A stretch of DNA of 64,000 nt from an uncultured delta proteobacterium (GTDB taxonomy: Bacteria; Desulfobacterota; RBG-13-43-22). Under the pieces are notes generated by a model, which saw only the letters and a list, made by a program, of their open reading frames with translations, was not told where the DNA came from and ran no database searches. The stretch spans positions 640,001 through 704,000 of the forward strand of contig CAWJJC010000028.1 of the NCBI GenBank assembly GCA_963843145.1. The letters run 5' to 3'. A program made the translations under genes and the position numbers. Shown here one piece after another: positions 19,001 through 28,310 of the stretch. The first letter of the stretch is position 1. Every line of letters begins with the position of its first letter.

Positions 19001-20737
19001 TTACCAGTTAAAGACTTTGTCCAAATCTTCATCCTTAACCTGGAAGGTTACGTTATGGGGCGGGAAGGATTCTTTCTTGAAGTAATCCGGCAGGCGATCC
19101 TGTTTGGAAGTGAAACCGGCTCGGGCATTGAAGTCCCGTTCATTTTTTAAGACGGATTTTCCCAGGGCCACCACGTCATCGGCGGTGAGATTCAAGCCGT
19201 AAAAGGCGTTAATGGAATCGATCAAGGCCTGGAAGGTCTCCGGTTGATCCAGCACGGCGAAGGCTACGAAGAGGCACATGCCGGTGGAATCCACGGCGGC
19301 CGTGGCGATCTGCAGGTTTCGAGAAAGTTCGATCTGGCCTTCGGGTTTGAGGGGATCCACGGTTCCGCCCACATTCAGGATGTTGGCCGTCACCGCGTAA
19401 CCGGCGGTGTGATCCGCCCCCATCGGGGTGGTGGCGTAGGTCACCCCCATGCCCTGTACGGCCCGGGGATCATAGGCCGGCATGGCCTGGCCCTTGACCA
19501 CCGGGACCCGTTCCACGCCGAAGACTTTACCGGTCACGGCGGCGCCGTTACCCAGGATCCGCCCCAGGTGCGACCCTTTGCCTACCTCTTTGACCAGGTT
19601 GATGGCCCCTTGACCGTCCCCAAACTTAATCAATCCGGCATCCATGGCCACGGCTATGGCGGCGCCCATCTCGATGGTGTCCACGCCATAGTTGTCATCC
19701 AGGAAATCCAGCATGGCGATCGTGTCCAGGTCGTCGATGCCGCAGTTCCCCCCGTGGGCCCAGACCGTTTCGTATTCGGGTTGCTTGGTCAGGAAATGGC
19801 CATCCTTATCGTTGTAGGTGCCTGAACAACGGATGACGCAGCCCCGGTGACAGCCGTGGGTAGCCAACCCACCCCGGCTGGTCTCCAATTCAGCCTGGGC
19901 CTCGCCGCTGATCTTAGCGGCTCCGTCGAAACGGCCCTGCTTGAAATTGTAGGTCGGGTACCCGCCGGCCTCGTTGAGGACATTGGTCAAGACATTGGTC
20001 CCGTAGGCGGGGAGCCCCTGGCCGGTGACCGGGTGTTTCTTCAGACCATCGACCCATATCCGGGTCGCCTCCTTGAACTTTTCCGGGTCCTTGGGCGAGC
20101 GCATGGCCTTGCCGGTGTCGTCGAGGATGATCACCTTGACCCCCTTGGAGCCCATGACGGCGCCGACGCCGCCGCGCCCGGCGTGTCGGGTGGGGCGTTG
20201 CTCCATGTCGGTGAAGGCGATGGAGGCGGCCGAGAGCTTCATCTCTCCGGCCGGACCGATGGAAATAAAGGCGGCTTTTTCCCCGTATTCCTGTTTCATT
20301 TTTTCAATCAGGTCGTAGTTGGGGAGGAGCTTCAGGCCGTTATCGGCCCAGATCTTCACCCCGTCCTTATTGATCAGAATCCGGTAAAGGCTGTCGTCTT
20401 TCGGTCTTCCTTCCAGGACGATGGCCGCATAGCCCAACCGGGCCAAAACCTGGGAGGCCTGACCGCCGGCATTGGCCTCTTTAATCCCCCCGGTCAAGGG
20501 GCTTTTGCAGCCTACCGAGATCCTGCCGGACATGGCTGCGGTAGTCCCGCTCAGTAAACCCGGTGCGATCACCAGTTTATTGTCCTCGCTCAGGGGATGA
20601 CAGAGGGGGGGCACCTCCTTGGAGACCACGGCTGAGGTGAACGCCCGGCCGCCCAGACCGGCATAATCTCCCACCGGGACTTCCTGAAAAGTTGGGCCAC
20701 CCGCGGCCCCCATATTCACCCGCAAAATTTTATCCAT
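19001..20737 (-). CDS. aor: aldehyde:ferredoxin oxidoreductase (AOR family, W/Mo-pterin)
   Basis: KSPLTGGIKEANAGG, AGRGGVGAVMGSKG, CHRGCVIRC, PEYET, PAYDPR, GADHTAG. Confidence 0.92.
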   Translation of the reverse strand: MDKILRVNMGAAGGPTFQEVPVGDYAGLGGRAFTSAVVSKEVPPLCHPLSEDNKLVIAPGLLSGTTAAMSGRISVGCKSPLTGGIKEANAGGQASQVLARLGYAAIVLEGRPKDDSLYRILINKDGVKIWADNGLKLLPNYDLIEKMKQEYGEKAAFISIGPAGEMKLSAASIAFTDMEQRPTRHAGRGGVGAVMGSKGVKVIILDDTGKAMRSPKDPEKFKEATRIWVDGLKKHPVTGQGLPAYGTNVLTNVLNEAGGYPTYNFKQGRFDGAAKISGEAQAELETSRGGLATHGCHRGCVIRCSGTYNDKDGHFLTKQPEYETVWAHGGNCGIDDLDTIAMLDFLDDNYGVDTIEMGAAIAVAMDAGLIKFGDGQGAINLVKEVGKGSHLGRILGNGAAVTGKVFGVERVPVVKGQAMPAYDPRAVQGMGVTYATTPMGADHTAGYAVTANILNVGGTVDPLKPEGQIELSRNLQIATAAVDSTGMCLFVAFAVLDQPETFQALIDSINAFYGLNLTADDVVALGKSVLKNERDFNARAGFTSKQDRLPDYFKKESFPPHNVTFQVKDEDLDKVFNW

Positions 20738-20883
20738 CGGATACTCCTTTCTGTAAGAATGCTCTTTTTAAGAAAGAGTTGGAGATTGAGATTAATTCCT
20801 GATGAATATTTTCGCTCATTGGGTTGGAAAGTCAAGGATAAATTATGTAAAATTAATTAGTTATGTCATTTTTGACATAATGC

Positions 20884-21123
20884 CTACCCCCCGGCTAAAG
20901 GGGGGAACATACCCAGTCGGTCACCCTCATTCAGTATGGCCTCCAGCGGGGCATGGGAACCGTTTATAAAGATGATCCGGGGAGTGTCGAGCGGGATGTG
21001 AAGTTGTTCGATCAATTGCTTAATGGTTGTTCCCACAGGGAGTTCGATGAGATTAGGATTACCCCGGGCTCTATCGGGCAGGTACTCGGCCAGAGAGGCA
21101 TAAAGATTTAAAATGATTTTCAT
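20884..21123 (-). CDS. MoaD/ThiS family sulfur carrier
   Basis: 79 aa ending LNEGDRLGMFPPLAGG (C-terminal Gly-Gly). Confidence 0.9.
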   Translation of the reverse strand: MKIILNLYASLAEYLPDRARGNPNLIELPVGTTIKQLIEQLHIPLDTPRIIFINGSHAPLEAILNEGDRLGMFPPLAGG

Positions 21124-21558
21124 AACTCTTCACTCCACCAACCTTTTCAATTCAAAGTTATTGTCTCACACCTCGCCCGAATATTCAATGCCGGTGGTCA
21201 GACCAGCAAATGCCAGCCTGCCGTGAATGCTGCCGGCGGCGCTGCTTTTTTCGCAGGCGAGCCGCCACTAAAGGCGGTAGCCAGGCGTGCGGCACCGAAC
21301 GCAGTTTTCGTTTGGGCAATAGGGTCCATCCGTCAACCATCGTGCGGCCGCAGGAGAAGTATCCAATTGTAGGCCGGGGTTAGAGAATAACCTAAAGAAC
21401 GTTTAAATTCATTGACTTCCGCCTTGGAATAATCAATCTAATTTTTCTCGGAAGGTTTCTTCGAAAAATTTACTTTTCATCTCCAAATTTTTCGCTTTCA
21501 CCAACAAGTCCGTTATTTCTATAGATTTGCAATTTATTGATTACCATTTAAAAGCAGC

Positions 21559-21805
21559 AAAAAAGGCCGGGCTGATGTGGAAGGATCCTTGACCCTGCTT
21601 GTGTCAACCCGCACGTTTGCTCGAATCCCTATCGGAGCATTAGTCAGGGAACTTAGTGCTTCCAGTTACCCTTTCGCGTGGATCTTTCTATGCCGGAACA
21701 GAAGAGGGGCTGGGATGGCCTGTTTACCTACGTCGATTCCAGGATTCCGCCCAACCTCTGAGCTGATGAAAGTCCTCTCGGGGCAAGAGATCGAAAGCCC
21801 GGTTT
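21559..21805 (-). ncRNA. candidate large structured ncRNA, raiA-motif-like
   Basis: Closing stem (21565-21573 with 21796-21804) followed by a U-tract on the - strand; several internal helices; ordered motifs UCGAC..CAGGC..GAUCCACG..UAAGUUCCCUG..GUGCGGGUU..CAGGGUCAA. Confidence 0.55.
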
Positions 21806-22134
21806 AAATCGTCCAGAGGAGCACTGCGGACCCGGGAGAGAAAATCGCCCCGAACGGGTTTTAAATTTACGTGATCTAATTCCTCCTGGGTAAACAAATC
21901 GGTCTACGTTTTTTGATGGAATTGAGGGTTTGCCGGGTGGAGCAGAGTATAAGATAAGCCTAGGGAGATGGGGTAGTGGATCCGACTCGCTTGACCCACC
22001 ACCCCAGGACTATTGTTTCACCCTTTTGGAAGGGTGCCCTTAATATCTGGCCTGACCACCGGGCTTCTCGGAAAAGGATTTCCAAAGGCTATCCGGGCTC
22101 TGAACTCGGGCCTCCCTCGAGTTCTGGATATTGG

Positions 22135-24597
22135 TTATTTCAGGATGAGGGGCAAATACAGGTTATGTCCTTCTTTAAGCCCCGGTGCACCCTGGTGGAT
22201 GATGGTGCCATCCGCCTTCAAGTCGTCGTCCCCTCGCTGGCCGTCAACGAAATGCAGCGTAATGACGTTTCCTGAAATGACGGCCCCGGTCTGGCCGTCA
22301 TACAGAAATTCATACCAGTGGGGGGTAGTGTTGTCCGGGGTGGGGCCATATTGGTAATAGGTGTTCGGAGGGGCTCCGGCCGGGAGATAAAGCGTCACGG
22401 TGGTGGCTCCTCCCGGAGTCAGGCCGTTCACAGTAAAATTAAAGAACCCAGAGGAAAATGACACCCCGGATGGCGAATTGCCGGGCGAGGGATTATCGTT
22501 TGCTTGGGCATTAGTCAGCATTGTGCCATTCGGAGAGGCCAGGGTGACTAAATTCAGCCCGATAAAGGTATTCAGATTGGCCATATTCGGTTGTTGGTTA
22601 TCCGGTATGCCGTCTCCATTTCCATCATATGTATAACTCACAACGAACACTCCGCCCTTTGTTCCCGCATAGAGGGTGGTCGGCGTCGCCGGGTCAATCG
22701 CCAAAGCGTAAACAGTGGTATTGATCAGGCCGATGTTGACCAGGCTCCAGCTAGCGCCGCCGTTCGCACCTTGTACAACGCCGCCGCCGGATGTTCCCGC
22801 ATAGAGGGTGGTCGGCGTCGCTGGGTCTATCGCCAGGGAGAGAACACCTGTATTGGTCAGGCTGGTATTGTCCGCGCTCCAGTTCCCACCACCATTCGTA
22901 CTTTTGAACACGCCGGCCCCAGAGGTCGAGCTTTTGATCCCGCCGCCATTATTCGAGCTTTTGAGCGTGCCAGATGCTCCCGCATAGAGAGTGGTCGGCG
23001 TCGCCGGATCAATCGCCAGGGAATTAACTTTGGTAGAGGGTTGGAAAGGATAGACAGGGCTCCAGTTCCCGCCAGCGTCCGTGCTTTTGAACACACCGCT
23101 ACTTGTTCCCGCATAGAGGGTGGTCGGCGTTGCCGGATCAATCGCCAGGGTGTTGACAGGGGGACCCAAATTGACCGTGGTCCAGTTCCCCCCGCCATTC
23201 GTGCTTTTGTACGTGTAAAGTCCTGTTCCCGCATAGAGGGTGGTCGGCGTCGCCGGGTCGATCGCCAGGGTGTTGATTTGGCTATTGGCCATGTCAGGAT
23301 TGTTGACCGGGCTCCAGTTCCCGCCGCCGTTTGTGCTTTTGAACACGCCGCTGGTATTTGTTCCCGCATAGAGGGTAGTCGGCGTCGTCGGATCAATCGC
23401 CAGTGTGTTTATTTGGGCACTGTCCAGGCCGGTATTGACCGGGTTCCAATTCCCACCACCGTTTGTGCTTTTGAACACGCAAACTACTGTCCCCGCATAG
23501 AGGATGGTCGGTGTCTCCGGATCAATCGTCAAGGAGTAAATTTGGGCGGCGGTCAGGCCGGTATTGACCGGGCTCCAGTTCCCGCCACTGTTCGTGCTTT
23601 TGAAGAGGCCGAAAAATGTTCCTGTATAGAGAATGGTTGGCGTCGCCGGATCAATCGCCAGGGAATAAACTTTTTTACTATAGGTCAGGTCGGTATTGAC
23701 CGGGCTCCAGTTTCCGCCGCCGTTCGTGCTTTTGAACACGCCGCTATTTAACAACAGGTCGCTGCCGTCTGTTCCCGCATAGAGGGTGGTCGGCGTCCTC
23801 GGGTCAATCAGCAGGGAGGTAACAGAGAGATCTGTCAGGCTGGTTTTGGCCGGGCTCCAGTTTCCGCCGCCGTTTGTGCTTTTGTATACCCCACCAAATC
23901 CTCCGGCATAAAGGGTGGTTGGCGTCGCCGGATCAATCGCCAGGGAATTAACAGGTTGCAGGATCAAGCCGGTCTTGGCCGGGCTCCAGTTCCCCCCGCC
24001 GTCCGTGCTTTTGTATACCCCATCAACTCCTCCGGCATAAAGGGTGGTCGGCGTCGCCGGATCAATCGCCAGGGAGTTAACATCGAAGATGGTCAGGCCG
24101 TTATTGGCCATGCTCCAGTTCCCCCCGCCGTCCGTGCTTTTGTATGCCCCGCCATTCCCTCCGGCATAGAGGGTGGTCGGCGTCGCCGGATCAATCGCCA
24201 GGGAGTATACTTGGGCAGCGGTCAGGCCGGTGTTGACCGCGCTCCAGTTCTCCCCGCCGTCCGTGCTTTTGAACACGCCGGCAATTGTCCCCGCATAGAG
24301 GGTGGTCGGCGTCACCGGGTCAATCGCCAGGGAGTTAACTTGGCTATTGGTCAGGCCGGTGTTGACCGCGCTCCAGTTCTCCCCGCCGTCCGTGCTTTTG
24401 AACACGCCGCCATATGTCCCCGCATAGAGGGTGGTCGGCGTCACCGGGTCAATCGCCAGGGATAAAATGATTCCACCTTCAGGCCCAATGCGTGTCCAGA
24501 CATTGGGCCCGGCAGAAACTGTACTTGCCTGGCTGGCGCTTATCATGACCAGAAAGATGATGAGTAACCATTTTCGAGGTGCGTTTGAAGATAGCAT
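22135..24597 (-). CDS. secreted Asp-box/BNR repeat beta-propeller protein (14 repeats) with C-terminal choice-of-anchor-U-like domain and YLPLILK tail
   Basis: AGGAG RBS before ATG 24597; signal-peptide-like N-terminus; 14 x LAIDPxTPTTLYAG...KSTxGGxNW; DGNGDGIPD; YYQYGPTPDNTTPHWYEF...DGQRGDDD. Confidence 0.85.
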   Translation of the reverse strand: MLSSNAPRKWLLIIFLVMISASQASTVSAGPNVWTRIGPEGGIILSLAIDPVTPTTLYAGTYGGVFKSTDGGENWSAVNTGLTNSQVNSLAIDPVTPTTLYAGTIAGVFKSTDGGENWSAVNTGLTAAQVYSLAIDPATPTTLYAGGNGGAYKSTDGGGNWSMANNGLTIFDVNSLAIDPATPTTLYAGGVDGVYKSTDGGGNWSPAKTGLILQPVNSLAIDPATPTTLYAGGFGGVYKSTNGGGNWSPAKTSLTDLSVTSLLIDPRTPTTLYAGTDGSDLLLNSGVFKSTNGGGNWSPVNTDLTYSKKVYSLAIDPATPTILYTGTFFGLFKSTNSGGNWSPVNTGLTAAQIYSLTIDPETPTILYAGTVVCVFKSTNGGGNWNPVNTGLDSAQINTLAIDPTTPTTLYAGTNTSGVFKSTNGGGNWSPVNNPDMANSQINTLAIDPATPTTLYAGTGLYTYKSTNGGGNWTTVNLGPPVNTLAIDPATPTTLYAGTSSGVFKSTDAGGNWSPVYPFQPSTKVNSLAIDPATPTTLYAGASGTLKSSNNGGGIKSSTSGAGVFKSTNGGGNWSADNTSLTNTGVLSLAIDPATPTTLYAGTSGGGVVQGANGGASWSLVNIGLINTTVYALAIDPATPTTLYAGTKGGVFVVSYTYDGNGDGIPDNQQPNMANLNTFIGLNLVTLASPNGTMLTNAQANDNPSPGNSPSGVSFSSGFFNFTVNGLTPGGATTVTLYLPAGAPPNTYYQYGPTPDNTTPHWYEFLYDGQTGAVISGNVITLHFVDGQRGDDDLKADGTIIHQGAPGLKEGHNLYLPLILK
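22640..24470 (-). repeat. intragenic ~129-bp tandem repeat array (14 units)
   Basis: Recurring cccgcatagagggtggtcggcgtcgccggatcaatcgccaggg on the + strand. Confidence 0.9.
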
Positions 24598-25348
24598 GAT
24601 AAATCTCCTTTTTGCTGATGAGAAATTTGGCTCTCCCCCCTTTAGCGAGAAAATTTTCCCTATTCCACTACTCTCCCATTGGAACTCCTCATTCTTGAAG
24701 ATAACCGACAAAAAACCATGAACATTTTGCCAAAGATTCCTGGCCTATAATGAAGGGACAAAGTCAATAAACATTAAATTCCTTTTCTTTTGTCGGATTT
24801 TAGGACTGTGCCCCTTCCTAATTTCCACCATTCTCCATAAAAACAAAATACCCCATCTTTCATACGAGAAATAGGGTATTTTTAACTTCCTCCGCATGGT
24901 TGCACCCTTTGGGGTAAAGTGGCGAAATAGGAAGAAGGGTTACCTTATTAATCTGTTCTTGGAATAGCTGAATGATACACGATTTTGGGAAAAACAAATA
25001 GAATAAATTGAGGGCCGGGGGCAAAAGTTCTGGGGGAAGGAAGTAACGATTTACTACTGAAATCTTCCTGAATGGCCAAATCATCAAAAACAAGACTTCA
25101 GGAAGCTACTCGTTATCTGAAAGCTGGGCCGCCAACCAATAGAATAGTAACAAGATTTCGAGTGGAAATCAAAAAATCCTCTACTGTTTTTTCTCCTCAG
25201 CTTCTTTTCCTTATGTTATTCTTAGCCTCCCGAGACCAATGAAATTGTCTCCTCAGCTTTACCTCCAGGTCTCTTTCAAACAGACCCTGGCGGTTGTAGC
25301 CAAAGGGGAGGGGAGGCCTTGGGAAAATCAACTGAGAGCTGGAAGTAT

Positions 25349-26824
25349 ATGAGCAGCCAGAAAAAGGATGAAGTGATTGGCCCGGCCCAATTTTCCGAAG
25401 ACAACTATCCCCCGGCCTGGCAGGCCTGGATGATCTGGGGGTTGGGGGCCCTTTTTTATCTGTCGGGATTTTATTTGCGGGTGGCCCCGGCGGTTATGAC
25501 TTCGGAACTTATGGCCGATTTTGCCGTGGGGGCGACCGGGCTGGGGAATCTTTCCGCCTTTTATTATTATACCTACGTGGGGATGCAGCTTCCCACCGGG
25601 GTCCTGGCCGACCTTTGGGGGCCCCGAAGGCTGCTAGCCACCGGGGCTTTAGTGGCCGGCTTGGGGACCCTTCTTTTTGCCTGGGCTCCAAACCTGGTTT
25701 GGGCCAGTTTGGGGCGGGGCCTGATCGGCGGATCGGTGGCCGTGGCCTTCGTAGCGCTGCTTAAAGTGGCCGCCCACTGGTTTCCACCCCGCCGGTTTGC
25801 TCTGGTTTCGGGGATGGCCTTGTTCTGCGGCGTATTGGGCGCGGTTACCGCCGGGGTTCCCCTGCGTTATCTGATCGATGGGTTCGGCTGGAGACCCATC
25901 ATGGCCGCCTCCGGGGTGTTCCTGCTGGCAATTTCCCTGGCCTGCCGGCGGTTTATCCGGGATGACCCTTCCCAAAAAGGATATCAGAGTTACTGCCCGG
26001 AAAACCCGAAGGGGGACACGACTCAGGAAAGGTTCAGGCCCCTGGTCGGGCTGGGGAAGGTCTTTTCCTTTCGCAATAGTTGGCTCCTGTTTTGGGCTCC
26101 GGGGGGAATGGTGGGGCCCATGTTGAGCTTTGCCGGTCTTTGGGGGGTTCCTTTTCTCCAGGCCCGGTACGGGATGGGGACCAATTCGGCGGCGGCCGTC
26201 GCCTCCTTGATGATGATCTGCTGGGCCGTGGGCGGCCCTTTGATGGGCGCCCTTTCCGATCGCCTGGGCCGGCGAAAGCCCCTTTACCTGGCCGGGGCGG
26301 TGGTTTCCGCGTTGGGCTGGTCGGGTATGATCTTCTGGCCCGGTCTCCCGGTCAAGGGGTTTCTGGTTTTAGCCGCCTTAACCGGCCTGGCCACCGGCGG
26401 GATGATCATCGGTTTTGCCTTCAGCAAGGAATCGGTCCCCTCCCGCTATTCCGGCACGGTAGCCGGGGCGATCAATATGGGGGTCATGATCGGTCCCACC
26501 TTTCTCCAACCGGCCATCGGTTGGGTCCTGGATCTGATGTGGAAAGGGCAAATGAAAGGGCAAATCCGCCTCTATGACCTGGAGGCTTTTCGCGTGGGTT
26601 TTTCCCTGATGATCGGCTGGGCGTTCCTGGCCTGCCTGCTGATCGCCCTGACCAAAGAGACCTATTGCCGGCCATTTTCCGACAAAAAAAAGCTCTCCCA
26701 TCACGAGGAGAGCTTTTTAATGCCCAATAAAGCGCAGGTCCTACAGCTTGCGAACTTTCTCCGCGGCCGGACCTTTAGGCCCCGCGACCACTTCGAAGCT
26801 CACCCGATCCCCTTCGGCCAGTGA
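25349..26824 (+). CDS. MFS transporter (C-terminus runs into the neighbouring csp terminator and gene)
   Basis: [23 protein letters not shown], about 12 hydrophobic segments. Confidence 0.88.
   Translation: MSSQKKDEVIGPAQFSEDNYPPAWQAWMIWGLGALFYLSGFYLRVAPAVMTSELMADFAVGATGLGNLSAFYYYTYVGMQLPTGVLADLWGPRRLLATGALVAGLGTLLFAWAPNLVWASLGRGLIGGSVAVAFVALLKVAAHWFPPRRFALVSGMALFCGVLGAVTAGVPLRYLIDGFGWRPIMAASGVFLLAISLACRRFIRDDPSQKGYQSYCPENPKGDTTQERFRPLVGLGKVFSFRNSWLLFWAPGGMVGPMLSFAGLWGVPFLQARYGMGTNSAAAVASLMMICWAVGGPLMGALSDRLGRRKPLYLAGAVVSALGWSGMIFWPGLPVKGFLVLAALTGLATGGMIIGFAFSKESVPSRYSGTVAGAINMGVMIGPTFLQPAIGWVLDLMWKGQMKGQIRLYDLEAFRVGFSLMIGWAFLACLLIALTKETYCRPFSDKKKLSHHEESFLMPNKAQVLQLANFLRGRTFRPRDHFEAHPIPFGQ
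26684..26718 (-). terminator. bidirectional intrinsic terminator (csp/MFS)
   Basis: aaaaaaaagctctcc-catcacga-ggagagcttttt. Confidence 0.75.
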
Positions 26825-26941
26825 CTTGAACCCCTCGGCCTGGATGGCGGAATGATGCACGAAAACGTCCTTGCCTCCGTCCTGTTCGATAAAGCCAAAT
26901 CCTTTTGAGTCATTAAACCATTTAACCGTTCCTTCTGCCAT
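26741..26941 (-). CDS. csp: cold-shock protein
   Basis: [18 protein letters not shown]...[10 protein letters not shown] (RNP1/RNP2 motifs). Confidence 0.96.
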   Translation of the reverse strand: MAEGTVKWFNDSKGFGFIEQDGGKDVFVHHSAIQAEGFKSLAEGDRVSFEVVAGPKGPAAEKVRKL

Positions 26942-26949
26942 CTTTGCCA

Positions 26950-27150
26950 CTCCTTTTGTGTTGGGTTCCTTCAGGGAACCGTTTAAAATTTTGCCGATTT
27001 ATTCGGCTGGCAATCTTTTTGTATGAACAAAAAGACTGCACTTTCCATTACTGGGTCTGGCGCGATCGACTCTTCCGTGGTTTAATGACAAAAAAATCCC
27101 ACACCGGACCTAATTTGAAATTTTATATATGAATCTTGGTGAAAAAGCAA
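26950..27150 (-). promoter_or_regulatory. csp promoter and long structured 5' leader
   Basis: TTGCTT-17-TATAAA on - (27150-27122); leader hairpin gcagtctttttgt/acaaaaagattgc at ~27009-27039. Confidence 0.5.
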
Positions 27151-27241
27151 GGGTTTTTTATAAGCCGGTCCCTCTCTTTTTTCCTCAGGTGAACCTGGTG
27201 GGAGAGGGGGTGCAATAGTCGTGGAGCAGGCGGCCTGTTTA

Positions 27242-27934
27242 TTATTTTTTTTCCTGTGTATATAATACAGCCAGTATTCTGGCCGGCTGGTCCCCATAAC
27301 AACGGACCAGATGGGGGAGGGTGGAATCATAATAAATGGAATCCTCCGGCTGGAGACGTTCCCGTTTCTCTCCCAATTGGACCTCGATCATTCCTTCCAG
27401 GACATAGATAAACTCCTCCCCGTCGTGGGTGGAGGGGGCCTCTTCTTCGGTGCGGGGTTCCAGGGTCACCAGAAAGGGCTCCATGTTGCGGTCCCTTTTT
27501 TCCGGGGCCAGAGACTCATAGGAGTAGCCGTAGCGGATGGTCTTTTGAGAGGCATAACGAGAGATCGCCTTGCGATCCTGCTTCCGTACCAGATCGTAGG
27601 CTTTGGCTTTGCCATGCACCAGGAGATAGCCCATCTTCATATCCAACGCTCGGGCTAATTTCACCAGATCCCCCAGCGGAGGCAGCACCTCGCCGGACTC
27701 GATTTGGCTGACCAGGTCCTCCCTGAAACCGGTTCGCTGAGCGATATCCGACCAGGAGAGTCCCTTCATTTCCCGAATGGTTTTTACCCGAAGGCCCACC
27801 GACTGGGCCAGGGGCACCTCTTCGGTTATCCCGGAAGACCGGGTTACTCCTTCGAGGAAATCCGCTTCCGCCGAAGAAGTGTAATCGGTCATATTCTCCA
27901 TCAGATCACTGTAGCCTTTTTTAGGATCGCTCAT
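27242..27934 (-). CDS. XRE-family HTH + cupin transcriptional regulator
   Basis: RVKTIREMKGLSWSDIAQRTG...SQIESG; YSYESLA, MEPFLVTL, HDGEEFIYVLEG. Confidence 0.9.
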   Translation of the reverse strand: MSDPKKGYSDLMENMTDYTSSAEADFLEGVTRSSGITEEVPLAQSVGLRVKTIREMKGLSWSDIAQRTGFREDLVSQIESGEVLPPLGDLVKLARALDMKMGYLLVHGKAKAYDLVRKQDRKAISRYASQKTIRYGYSYESLAPEKRDRNMEPFLVTLEPRTEEEAPSTHDGEEFIYVLEGMIEVQLGEKRERLQPEDSIYYDSTLPHLVRCYGDQPARILAVLYTQEKK

Positions 27935-28058
27935 GAACCTTCTCCTCTGCCTAGGTAGCGTTGGGACGAACCGGAATGAAATATAACAAACAATCCCCGG
28001 AGTGACAAGGGATTTCCCGTTTGACAAAATCTCAATAAAGTGGAAAACTAATTAAATC

Positions 28059-28086
28059 TTGACAGAATTCCGGCTTTAGTTATAAT
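28059..28086 (+). promoter_or_regulatory. consensus sigma70 promoter for the liv/hdr run
   Basis: TTGACA (28059-28064), 16-nt spacer, TATAAT (28081-28086). Confidence 0.7.
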
Positions 28087-28310
28087 ATAGCCATTTAAAG
28101 TGATTTATCTTATAATATCAAATAGTTGCCAAATAATCCCAACCAGTCCAGGACCTGAGTTCTCAATTTAGGTTAAGAGGGGATACTGCTTAATTGACTC
28201 GGTAAGAAATTATTCAGGGAAAGGGGGGAGAGGATTCAAGAAGACGGAATGAATCATCGAGGCCGGATGCATGTTTTCCAAATAATCAACCTTCATAAAG
28301 GGAGAGAATC

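Noticed and set aside
21565-21804. Hammerhead-like CUGAUGA...GAAA on the + strand with a possible stem III (gcccgg/ccgggc)
   Set aside because: Stem II lacks a closing pair (A opposite C), the cleavage triplet would end in G and violate NUH, and the U-tract favours the - strand.
22640-24470. Regular repeats resembling a CRISPR array or DGR template
   Set aside because: The units are ~129 bp, in frame and protein-coding, and there is no cas or reverse transcriptase gene in the window.
24720-25310. AT-rich spacer with a 77-aa - strand ORF
   Set aside because: No recognisable motif or convincing start signal; probably divergent promoter DNA or decayed sequence.
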